IMG/VR virus record: IMGVR_UViG_3300018080_000149
Coordinates: 23,401 to 87,400 of that record
Strand: one strand, 5' to 3'
DNA length: 64,000 bases
DNA from: a virus
The number at the start of each line of letters is the position of its first letter. Position 1 is the first letter of the stretch. Below, in pieces: positions 55,941 through 63,387 of this stretch. Both the position numbers and the translations under genes were made by a program. The notes under the pieces were generated by a model that was given only the letters and a program-made list of their open reading frames with translations, was not told where the DNA came from and ran no database searches.

Positions 55941-56594
55941 CTACTCGATAGCGGCGGCTGCGGCCTTCTTGAGACCGGCCTTCTTCTTACCCTTCAGCGC
56001 CTTCACGCCACTGGACCGAAGTGCCTCGAGAATCTCGACGAGAGTGTCAACGTCATCAATCTCGGTGTCCTTGACGACCAGTGAGGCGACCTTCATGGGG
56101 GTCTGAGCCTTGCCGATCTTCTTCATCGTGGACTCGGAGATCTCGATGCCTTCCTCGTCTTCCTCTTCCTCCTCTTCCTCGTCTTCCTCGTCTTCGTCGT
56201 CCTCTTCCTCGTCTTCGTCGTCCTCTTCCTCGTCTTCCTCCTCGTCTTCGTCGTCCTCTTCCTCTGCCTCTTCCTCGTCATCCTCCTCTTCCTCTTCCTC
56301 CGGCTCCTCGGCCTCGGATTCGGAAAGGCTGATGCCAACGGCTTCCAGCGTAGAGAGGACTTCGTCGCCGCTCAGATCGGAGATGACAAGCTGATAAGCC
56401 CTGTCTGCTGCGCTCTGAACGTTGAGAAGGACACGATGGTTTCCGATGCGGGCTCCGACCTCATAAAGGCCGTCACTCGCTCCGGCGAGACCCTCAAACA
56501 GCCCGGCGGCCTCTTCAGCGGCGGCCTGAGCCTGCTTCTTGGCGCTCGTGTTCTTCTTGGACGTTGTCGACTTCTTACCCTTCTTTGCCATCAC
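55941..56594 (-). CDS. Protein with a long Asp/Glu tract and basic termini
   Basis: More than 50 nearly continuous D/E residues. Has its own promoter motif and terminator. Confidence 0.8.
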   Translation of the reverse strand: MMAKKGKKSTTSKKNTSAKKQAQAAAEEAAGLFEGLAGASDGLYEVGARIGNHRVLLNVQSAADRAYQLVISDLSGDEVLSTLEAVGISLSESEAEEPEEEEEEDDEEEAEEEDDEDEEEDEEEDDEDEEEDDEDEEDEEEEEEEDEEGIEISESTMKKIGKAQTPMKVASLVVKDTEIDDVDTLVEILEALRSSGVKALKGKKKAGLKKAAAAAIE

Positions 56595-56640
56595 GGCCCT
56601 CCTAGTTGGGTTGGGGGACTCCTCCCCCTTGGTTACAGAG

Positions 56641-56670
56641 TTACATATCCCGTAAAGGGACTCTCACGAA
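56641..56670 (-). promoter_or_regulatory. Bipartite phage promoter motif (TTCGTGAG-N10-CGGGATATGTAA)
   Basis: Both boxes are identical to the 63388 copy. A6 tract upstream. Confidence 0.72.
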
Positions 56671-56677
56671 AGTTTTT

Positions 56678-57517
56678 TCAAATGTAAGTACGTGTAGGTA
56701 GGTTGACTACCTCGTCGTAACCCAGGTTGCCAGGATCTCTCCCAGCGGGAATCTTCACCCACGAAGCGTTTTCTTTGCCTCGGAGGTTCAATCGCCTCGC
56801 GATCACCATTGAATTTCTCCAGGCGTCGCCATCATGTGCGATGATTACCTCGCCGTCAAACGAGGTCAGCCTATCAAGCTGTTCCTCTGTAACAGACGTT
56901 CCGAGAGTAGCTACAGCGTGCCCTTTCATAGCGAGCGTATCGTGGACTCCTTCAACAACGAAAATGCTGTCTAATTTGTCCAACACACGCCCATTATACA
57001 GAGCCCCGTCACGGGTCAAACCTTTTGAATTGGAATAACCTTGGTGCTTTGGGTTTTTACGTATGTAGCCTTTTCGGTCGCCGTCCATGATAGGGTATAT
57101 GATGTTCCCTGCCATGTACCAGAGGTCTTCAGGCGGATCGAAAACCACCCCAAGCTTGAAACTCTCCATTAGTTTAGGTGTAACTTTTCTGCGTCGTAGA
57201 TATTTGACAAAACGCCTAAGCGCTATGCTGTCTTTGACCTCACGCCACGGGTACAGAGGAACGAAGCCTTCCGGGAATGATGATGCCACCTTTTCCCTCG
57301 GCTTTTCCTCACCAATGATCTGTAACAGATCACTAGGCTTTGCTAGTACCTCTGGGACGTCGAGTGTCTTAGCTATCCACTTGGTGACGCGGCCAGCTTT
57401 GCCACATCTCCAACAGTAGTACACACCCTTCTCTGTATCAACAGAGATGTTCTCACGAGAGCCGACGCTGCCGACCCGTTCAAGACAAAACGGACAGCGT
57501 CTCCTAATCTGACCCAC
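56678..57517 (-). CDS. DNA primase (zinc finger plus TOPRIM)
   Basis: CPFC...CWRC, VVEGVHD, ATLG, HDGDA and DPG. Confidence 0.88.
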   Translation of the reverse strand: MGQIRRRCPFCLERVGSVGSRENISVDTEKGVYYCWRCGKAGRVTKWIAKTLDVPEVLAKPSDLLQIIGEEKPREKVASSFPEGFVPLYPWREVKDSIALRRFVKYLRRRKVTPKLMESFKLGVVFDPPEDLWYMAGNIIYPIMDGDRKGYIRKNPKHQGYSNSKGLTRDGALYNGRVLDKLDSIFVVEGVHDTLAMKGHAVATLGTSVTEEQLDRLTSFDGEVIIAHDGDAWRNSMVIARRLNLRGKENASWVKIPAGRDPGNLGYDEVVNLPTRTYI

Positions 57518-58094
57518 CGGGGAGTTTCTCCCGTAGTCCTTTGCGGAGTTCGAGAAGCTTCACTCGCCACTCATCAGGGTTCCTGGACACAACCGTCTCA
57601 ACCTCATCGAGGTCACGGTCAATCTGCTTTCGGAGCCTATCGGTCTCCATTTCGATGTAGGGCTCAATGCCCCGCTCGTACAGTTCTACAAGGGCCTCGA
57701 TGTAGTGTGGTAGATCCTCAAAGAATCCCTGCCGAGACAGACCAATCGGTGATCGTTGGTCGTCACGGCCCACAACGAATCTGAGGAAACCTCGCCCGTC
57801 AGGAATCCGAAGTTCAGCCCGTACCTTGATCTGTTTGCCTACAGGATTGGTAAACGCCCGCTCTGTGGCCTTCACCAACTTATAGGTCTTCCACCCACGC
57901 TGCTCAGTAGCGGCGGGGGGGCCGTTATCGCCGCGACCTTGTGGTTTCGGCTCTGGCTTTTGCTGTTCAGGTTCGGGGACGATGGGTTCGACGTCAACAG
58001 CCTTCTTGGTTTTAGCCTTGGCCTTTGGCTTTGTTGCCTTGGCCTTGACAGAGACTTTCTTTGTCCCAATAGCTTTCTTCTTAGCTTCTGCCAT
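57504..58094 (-). CDS. Hypothetical protein with a Lys/Ala-rich N-terminus
   Basis: 196 aa, overlapping the helicase 3' end by 223 nt. Confidence 0.6.
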   Translation of the reverse strand: MAEAKKKAIGTKKVSVKAKATKPKAKAKTKKAVDVEPIVPEPEQQKPEPKPQGRGDNGPPAATEQRGWKTYKLVKATERAFTNPVGKQIKVRAELRIPDGRGFLRFVVGRDDQRSPIGLSRQGFFEDLPHYIEALVELYERGIEPYIEMETDRLRKQIDRDLDEVETVVSRNPDEWRVKLLELRKGLREKLPGGSD

Positions 58095-59488
58095 TTCTCG
58101 CCTGTCTCCTGTGTGAACCTCTGGACGGTTGAATCAAATTGAACCAACCGACCGTGTGCGTAGTCCCTACTAAACGGTCCTACTTCCTGGGGGAACGGGG
58201 CGTACCTACATGCCGCGACATAAAGTCTGACAATGTCGGCCTCCCGTTCCTCTTCGTCGCGACACAGACCGACCATGAGGTCAACCTTTGCCGCCTTTAG
58301 GATTGAGTCCGCGACGTCACGGAATTCTAGGACTTCTTTGCCTATGGCTCCTCGTTGAACCTGGCTAGCCGTCCATACCGCACAGTCAAAGCCTCCACGC
58401 GTTCCGCTTGACCCTGACGGTGGCGCTCCAATCGCTCTCAGATCAGTATATATCTTGCCCATCCCATGATAGGTCGTGGTACTGTCAACCACCTTGACTT
58501 TCTGGCCTGTAGCCAGCTCATCTGCGTAGTCGATTACCAAGACATCGGGCTTGACACCCCATATCCTACCAATGTCCCTGAGATATGCTTCGATATCCTT
58601 CACTGTAACGGTCCCCGGGGGGAACGTTTTGACGATGAAATCACCACCAGTCAAGCCGAACACTTTGCTGAGAATTCGTACAGCCTTGTCTGACACTTTC
58701 TTCCCACCGTCCTCAAGACAGTTTATGGGAATTCCCGTTACGTTTGCCGTGAATCGGTTTTTTACCTCCAACTCACCAAGCTCAGCGCTAATGTAAACCA
58801 CGGTCTTGCCGAGTAATACATTTGACGCGCCGATGTGTGACAGAGCCATGCTCTTCCCGTCTTTTTCAGCGCCAAGAATACAACCAAGTTCACCCCGACC
58901 CAATCCGCCTTTGATGCTAAGATCAAGTGGGGCTACGCCAATCGGTAGCCGATCAACTTTGGCCTCGCCAGTCTCTAGCTGACGGCCATACTCAGTTAGT
59001 CCTTGCCTCATGTTGAAGCCGACAGAGCCTAGCTGGAGGAGCCTGGTTCGTTCTTGGGCGGATTCCATCCTCTCAAACACAGTATGGTATTGCCGGTCTT
59101 TATACAGCTTGTAGCTGTCATCGAGCGCGGCCAGTACCTCCGTGTCAAGGATTGCCTCCGTCAGAACGGCTTGGGCGTCGTCCCTGGATACGGGTTCAAC
59201 CCGTATAGCTTTCCGGTGAACACTAAGTGCCTTCTTGTATAGCTTCTCGGTGATAGCGCCAGCGTGATAGCGTTGGCGGACCAACTGCTTCATCATAGCG
59301 CGATCAGGGATCGCTCCCTCATCCTCCGAGTAACTTCTAGCTACCGAAAACAATAGTGCGTAAGCCCGGAATGGAATTAGCTCTGGGTCAATAGCCTCTA
59401 GGACTCTGATACCAAAGCCTCTGTCTGCTAACACTAAACTGAAAAGTCTTAGGACGAACTCTTGGTTCAGTCCGTAACTTTCTTGCGT
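57872..59488 (-). CDS. DnaB-like replicative helicase (probable ACG start at 59488)
   Basis: GAEKDGKS (Walker A), YISAE, VIDYAD, WTASQ and DVADS..K. Confidence 0.88.
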   Translation of the reverse strand, partial: TQESYGLNQEFVLRLFSLVLADRGFGIRVLEAIDPELIPFRAYALLFSVARSYSEDEGAIPDRAMMKQLVRQRYHAGAITEKLYKKALSVHRKAIRVEPVSRDDAQAVLTEAILDTEVLAALDDSYKLYKDRQYHTVFERMESAQERTRLLQLGSVGFNMRQGLTEYGRQLETGEAKVDRLPIGVAPLDLSIKGGLGRGELGCILGAEKDGKSMALSHIGASNVLLGKTVVYISAELGELEVKNRFTANVTGIPINCLEDGGKKVSDKAVRILSKVFGLTGGDFIVKTFPPGTVTVKDIEAYLRDIGRIWGVKPDVLVIDYADELATGQKVKVVDSTTTYHGMGKIYTDLRAIGAPPSGSSGTRGGFDCAVWTASQVQRGAIGKEVLEFRDVADSILKAAKVDLMVGLCRDEEEREADIVRLYVAACRYAPFPQEVGPFSRDYAHGRLVQFDSTVQRFTQETGEKWQKLRRKLLGQRKSLSRPRQQSQRPRLKPRRLLTSNPSSPNLNSKSQSRNHKVAAITAPPPLLSSVGGRPISW

Positions 59489-59528
59489 GTCTAAACCTCC
59501 TTTCTACCCTTTCAGGTTCAGACCCCTA

Positions 59529-59555
59529 CCTAGCCTTAGAAACCCGCCCGAGGAA
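59529..59555 (-). promoter_or_regulatory. Degenerate copy of the bipartite promoter motif (TTCCTCGG-N10-AAGGCTAGG)
   Basis: Same spacing and upstream A tract. Lies upstream of the helicase RBS. Confidence 0.45.
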
Positions 59556-59692
59556 AGTTTTTACACTTTTTTCTCGGATTTGATCTGCTATAGATCACGG
59601 TTTTACCCCACCTCCCCCCTACCCCCCTTTAGGGGGGGTAGGGGTGGGGGGATTCTAAGGGGGGAGGGGATTTGTGCTGTTATTCTCAAGCC

Positions 59693-59842
59693 TTAGCTTG
59701 ACGAACTCCTATGTGGTGCCTCGGATGGGTACGATCCCACCTTACGCCCTTTCGGGCCGAGGCTATTCTCTGTAACTTCCAACCAGCCTTGTAGATTGTT
59801 CTTCGCCGTTTGTTGCTTCTTTTTCTTGATTCTGATCTTCAT
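59693..59842 (-). CDS. 49-aa basic peptide MKIRIKKKKQQ... (below the ORF-track cutoff)
   Basis: AAAGGAG RBS. The 3' half overlaps a tRNA-like element. Confidence 0.5.
   Translation of the reverse strand: MKIRIKKKKQQTAKNNLQGWLEVTENSLGPKGRKVGSYPSEAPHRSSSS
59714..59763 (-). ncRNA. 50-nt tRNA-like mini-element ending in ACCA
   Basis: GCCTCGG-CCCGAAAGGG-CGTAAG-GTGGG ATCGTA CCCAT-CCGAGGC-A-CCA. Confidence 0.7.
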
Positions 59843-59854
59843 AAAGTCTCCTTT

Positions 59855-59906
59855 TAGGGCTCCGGGGGTAGGTCTGAACCTACCTCACACCCTTTCGGGC
59901 CGGAGC
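59855..59906 (-). ncRNA. 52-nt tRNA-like mini-element
   Basis: GCTCCGG-CCCGAAAGGG-TGTGA-GGTAGG TTCAGA CCTACC-C-CCGGAGC-CCTA. Covaries with 59714-59763. Confidence 0.7.
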
Positions 59907-59914
59907 AAGAGATC

Positions 59915-60145
59915 TCAAAAGTTCATAGCCGACATTTCGATAACGTCAGCTTCCACCGACGAATGCTCTATCAGACGCCCAGCGTATCCGACCTCTGTCA
60001 GCGACTTGGCTTTCACCATAGCCTCTGTGAGAGACACGGCTTCGACATAAAAAGTCGGTAGTACCTCCGTGACATGACTTTTTGTGCCATCACTCTCGTT
60101 TACAAGGTACGACGTCCTAACCGGACAAACACGATACAGCATCAA
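59915..60145 (-). CDS. Small early hypothetical protein
   Basis: AGGAGG RBS, coupled to the upstream gene. Confidence 0.6.
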   Translation of the reverse strand: MMLYRVCPVRTSYLVNESDGTKSHVTEVLPTFYVEAVSLTEAMVKAKSLTEVGYAGRLIEHSSVEADVIEMSAMNF

Positions 60146-60486
60146 CGTCCTCCTGTAAGCTCTCGTCTGACACCTTCCAGCGTCAGCGCGTCCATAGTTT
60201 GCCCCTCGACAAACTCGTCAGGGCCGGTCTCGTCATTCCGGTAGACTTCGAGTGTGCCACACTTGAGAAGCTCTCTGGCGTCAGGCCCCTTGAAGGTCTC
60301 AAGGGTCTCAGTGCTGCCCTTTTCATACACACTGACTTCGACGAAGCCGCAAAGGTAACAGAACCCTCGCTCATCTCCGTCGGAGTCTGTCCAGTAGATC
60401 TCGGCATCACCGAAAGCGTGATCCCGGACCTCAAGGCGCTTACAGCGTTCCAGAACTTTCTTTGCCTCTTCCAATTCCAAGGTCAT
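60142..60486 (-). CDS. Small acidic early hypothetical protein
   Basis: 114 aa, with its RBS directly after a tRNA-like element. Confidence 0.7.
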   Translation of the reverse strand: MTLELEEAKKVLERCKRLEVRDHAFGDAEIYWTDSDGDERGFCYLCGFVEVSVYEKGSTETLETFKGPDARELLKCGTLEVYRNDETGPDEFVEGQTMDALTLEGVRRELTGGR

Positions 60487-60503
60487 AATGACCCCCTTTC
60501 ACA

Positions 60504-60613
60504 CAGCGACCACGGCTGGAATCGAACCAGCTATAGCGTGCCGAGCCGAGATGGCTGGCTTGGTCCTCGACACACCTTACCAAAACCCCAGGGGAGATGC
60601 CTGGGTCGTGGTC
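60504..60613 (-). ncRNA. About 110-nt tRNA-like element with an extended central arm
   Basis: Acceptor GACCACG/CGTGGTC, hairpin CCCAGG/CCTGGG, 10-bp G-U-containing stem GTGTGTCGAG/CTCGGCACGC, and T-arm GCTGG-TTCGATT-CCAGC. Confidence 0.65.
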
Positions 60614-60639
60614 AGTGGCCCGATAACGGGCCGTTAGGC

Positions 60640-60861
60640 TTACAACAGATCGCTTACACCGACACACAAGTAACAAACACGGCTGTCAAACCAGCACAAG
60701 TAACAAACACGGCTGTCAAACCAGTATCGTGCGTCTGGGAGACTATCCTCCCATGTCAACATCTCGATGTCTGCCAACATCTTCTGGAACAACGTAGTAG
60801 CGTCTCCGGTATACCATGTGTGGCTATGCTGCTCACCCATTGACAAACTCCTCTGTTCCAT
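60640..60861 (-). CDS. Small hypothetical protein
   Basis: Probable start MGEQH. Contains a duplicated WFDSRVCYLC. Confidence 0.5.
   Translation of the reverse strand: MEQRSLSMGEQHSHTWYTGDATTLFQKMLADIEMLTWEDSLPDARYWFDSRVCYLCWFDSRVCYLCVGVSDLL
60665..60724. repeat. 30-bp perfect tandem duplication (2 copies)
   Basis: CACAAGTAACAAACACGGCTGTCAAACCAG twice. Confidence 0.95.
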
Positions 60862-61141
60862 CTACTGGTTGTAGAAGCTCCCCACACTCAGGACACCTAT
60901 CAGAGGTGCTGAGAACAACAGCCTCACACTCGGGACAAACCCAGTCGTAGCCCAAATCGCCTTGATCATCGCGTTTCAACTTTATGACAAGTGCCATATT
61001 GTTGAGTTGTGGCGTAGACATCTTGGCGAGCCCCTCTCTGATGTAAGCCATAAACCCAGTCTGGGTCTCATATGGCGTGCCATCAGCCAGGTAATCGGCT
61101 ATGTAACAAATCAAGGTATGTTTCTTACCGAGTGACTTCAT
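60833..61141 (-). CDS. Small protein with a C-terminal zinc ribbon
   Basis: CPEC...CPECG. Confidence 0.65.
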   Translation of the reverse strand: MKSLGKKHTLICYIADYLADGTPYETQTGFMAYIREGLAKMSTPQLNNMALVIKLKRDDQGDLGYDWVCPECEAVVLSTSDRCPECGELLQPVDGTEEFVNG

Positions 61142-61518
61142 GCCGCTACCTCCTCTTCCGTACCGTGTTCGAGCTTGTTGGCCTCGATGAAGAATTGCGT
61201 AGCTCTCAGTCTCAGCTTAGCCCTATGAAGGGCCAGCGAGATCTCAGGACACAACATCACCGAATGCGTCGAAACCTTGTCGATCTCGAAGCCGTCGAGA
61301 ACGAGTCGGATGGTATCGTAGCCGATCCCAGCTTGCCTCATTCTCCAAGCCAACACGACTTGGAAGACTTGTTCCATCCCTACGATGTAGGGGCTGCCCT
61401 TACTGGGGTTCTCCCGAATATCGTCGAGGACCAGTTGGTATACCAACCCTCGTGCCCATCCTGGGGTCACACCCATGACAGCGGCTAGTGTTGTAAGCCT
61501 TACTTCGTACAGTTTCAT
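61138..61518 (-). CDS. Putative MerR-like HTH protein
   Basis: LAAVMGVTPGWARGLV and MRQAGIGYDTIR. Start MKLYEV with a GAGGAG RBS. Confidence 0.5.
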   Translation of the reverse strand: MKLYEVRLTTLAAVMGVTPGWARGLVYQLVLDDIRENPSKGSPYIVGMEQVFQVVLAWRMRQAGIGYDTIRLVLDGFEIDKVSTHSVMLCPEISLALHRAKLRLRATQFFIEANKLEHGTEEEVAA

Positions 61519-61540
61519 GTGCTTTCTCCTCTCTTTCACA

Positions 61541-61587
61541 CGGAGCCCCTCCGGGAGTCGAACCCGGAAAGAAGACCATCGGGGCTT
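61541..61587 (-). ncRNA. Minimal tRNA-like element (acceptor stem plus T-arm)
   Basis: AGCCCC...CCGGG-TTCGACT-CCCGG-AGGGGCT-CCG, then TGTGAAA and an RBS. Confidence 0.6.
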
Positions 61588-61604
61588 ACTTGATCTGATG
61601 CCGA

Positions 61605-61817
61605 TCACTTCTCGACTAGGTGGAGTTTCTTCGGGGGCGGGTCGTACTGAACTTGGATGCTTTGGGCGTTCTTGACTATCTTGACAATGTCCTCGTGGAT
61701 GTCTGATACCCAGTTAGGGTGCGCGTCGTCAACAAGCCAACATAACTCTTCCCAATTCTCCTCACTCAGGATAACGACCCGCCTTTTACCTTCCCATGCG
61801 CCCACTCGTACCTCCAA
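61605..61817 (-). CDS. Small hypothetical protein
   Basis: 70 aa downstream of the SF2 helicase. Confidence 0.5.
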   Translation of the reverse strand: MEVRVGAWEGKRRVVILSEENWEELCWLVDDAHPNWVSDIHEDIVKIVKNAQSIQVQYDPPPKKLHLVEK

Positions 61818-63366
61818 TCTCTGAGAACAGGACAGACCCGTCCCCAGCGTATCGTAACTCGCCCATATTGAGCGTTTTGCCTTCAGCTCGTGGCCACTCC
61901 AGGGCCGGAGGGGCCTTGACCCCTATTAGCTCCCCGCGTCGATTCACGAGCCCTATTTGGACGAGTTTTTCCATTGCGTCAGCGAGCGAGTCAGTCGCCA
62001 GGACAGCGAGCCCCTCTCGGCGATAGGTTCGAGACCTATCGCGCGAATGCTGTAGGAGCGTGTCGTGGTGGCCGTCTATCATATCCCAATACACAAACTG
62101 GTCTTTGCCAGAGACCTCGGACGCCCTCATAGGGCGACCCATTTTCTGCATGGATGTGATGACAGCTTTGTAACCCGCCGCGTTCACGGCTGAGCGAATT
62201 TCTGGGATGTCGATGCCTTTGTTGAACACGCGACTAGCTAGTAAGACATCTAGCTCGCCCCTGTTCAATTTCCCGGCCAACTTCATCCGATCTGTGCCGC
62301 TGTGGGCTCCATAGACGATCTCCACATTGAATCCTTCCTGTTGGAGCGCGTCCAACAGAGCGAATCCATGCCGCTTCCTCTCGAAGAAAACCAGCGTAGG
62401 TTTTGGAGTCACCTTACAGATGCGTATTATAGCTCTGTTTCGCGCCTCCTCCCGTACAATGGCTTGTTCGTACAGAATGTGCCACTTCATAGGCTCATCC
62501 CCGAGGAATGTCGCCCCAGGATAGCGATAGAATATGACCATGGCTTTTGCCAATCGACCTAGCTCTACGAGCTGATCGATCTTGGCCTTGTACCTCACAG
62601 GCCCGAGGGCTCCGACCACGTATGCGTCTTTTTTGTCTGACCTCCCCGTGGGGGTGGCTGACAAGCCGATTCGGTACACCGCTTTCGGTATGCTAATTAT
62701 CGTCTTGTAATACGACTTAGCCGCCGCGATGTGACACTCATCGACAATGACACAACCAACACGCTTGAGATATGCTTTGACCATCTCATCGCTCCGTTGT
62801 AGTCGTGAGCGAATCGACTGTAACATAGCGACAGTAAACTGCCCTATGAACACAGTGTTATCGCCTATCAACCCAGCGGGGCGACCTGTGATCTTGTACC
62901 ATCGGTCCATGGCTTGTTTTGCCAAACCTTTTTCGTCGACCAACCATAGAGTCTTTGTGTTCACCCGACACGCGATAGCGATTCCTATCTCGGTCTTTCC
63001 TGCCCCAGTCGGTAGCTTGATAATACCATTCCTCTTTTCGAGGATGGTGTCAACAGCCTCTCGCTGGAACTTGAATAGGTGCTGACAACTCTTTGGTAAC
63101 GGCTTGATCGGTTTTGGATCAGGCCGATTGTCGACTACTTGTAGTTGCTGGCCTATAGCCATGGCCTTCCGCCGGACAACGTGTAGTAATCCGGCTGGAA
63201 ACCTCATGCGCTTTTTGTCGAATAGCCTCAGTCTGTGGAAGTATATTCTACCTCTCACATAGGACTGCGTCGAGATTGAGAGAGCGTCATGGAGCCACTT
63301 GACTTCGTTTGGTGAAGTTGCTTTCGCGACCCAACACCAAACCGGAGTCTGTGTTATATGTAACAT
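61786..63366 (-). CDS. SF2 DEAD/DEAH-box helicase (UvsW/SSL2-like)
   Basis: FQREAV, LPTGAGKT, IVDECH, GLSATP, KGIDIP and QKMGRPMR. Confidence 0.92.
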   Translation of the reverse strand: MLHITQTPVWCWVAKATSPNEVKWLHDALSISTQSYVRGRIYFHRLRLFDKKRMRFPAGLLHVVRRKAMAIGQQLQVVDNRPDPKPIKPLPKSCQHLFKFQREAVDTILEKRNGIIKLPTGAGKTEIGIAIACRVNTKTLWLVDEKGLAKQAMDRWYKITGRPAGLIGDNTVFIGQFTVAMLQSIRSRLQRSDEMVKAYLKRVGCVIVDECHIAAAKSYYKTIISIPKAVYRIGLSATPTGRSDKKDAYVVGALGPVRYKAKIDQLVELGRLAKAMVIFYRYPGATFLGDEPMKWHILYEQAIVREEARNRAIIRICKVTPKPTLVFFERKRHGFALLDALQQEGFNVEIVYGAHSGTDRMKLAGKLNRGELDVLLASRVFNKGIDIPEIRSAVNAAGYKAVITSMQKMGRPMRASEVSGKDQFVYWDMIDGHHDTLLQHSRDRSRTYRREGLAVLATDSLADAMEKLVQIGLVNRRGELIGVKAPPALEWPRAEGKTLNMGELRYAGDGSVLFSEIGGTSGRMGR

Positions 63367-63387
63367 ACTGGCCCCTTTCTAGCTCCT

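Larger units (their letters stand above)
3713..63121. repeat. Dispersed 17-bp palindrome TGATC-N7-GATCA (about 40 copies)
   Basis: 30 perfect copies and 10 GATC-N7-GATC core copies counted by eye. Positions are listed in the findings. Confidence 0.93.

Noticed and set aside
56110-56394. Poly-serine ORF on the plus strand
   Set aside because: It is the antisense reading of the GAR/GAC codon run of the acidic protein.
60665-60724. 30-bp repeat as a possible CRISPR remnant
   Set aside because: The two copies are directly adjacent with no spacer, it is an in-frame duplication inside a small ORF, and there are no cas genes.
3713-63121. Explaining TGATC-N7-GATCA as codon bias (Ile/Asp codons) or as FNR/CRP sites
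   Set aside because: Enrichment appears specific to the 7-nt spacer, and copies occur in intergenic DNA as well as in genes. FNR is TTGAT-N4-ATCAA and CRP is TGTGA-N6-TCACA, and neither matches.
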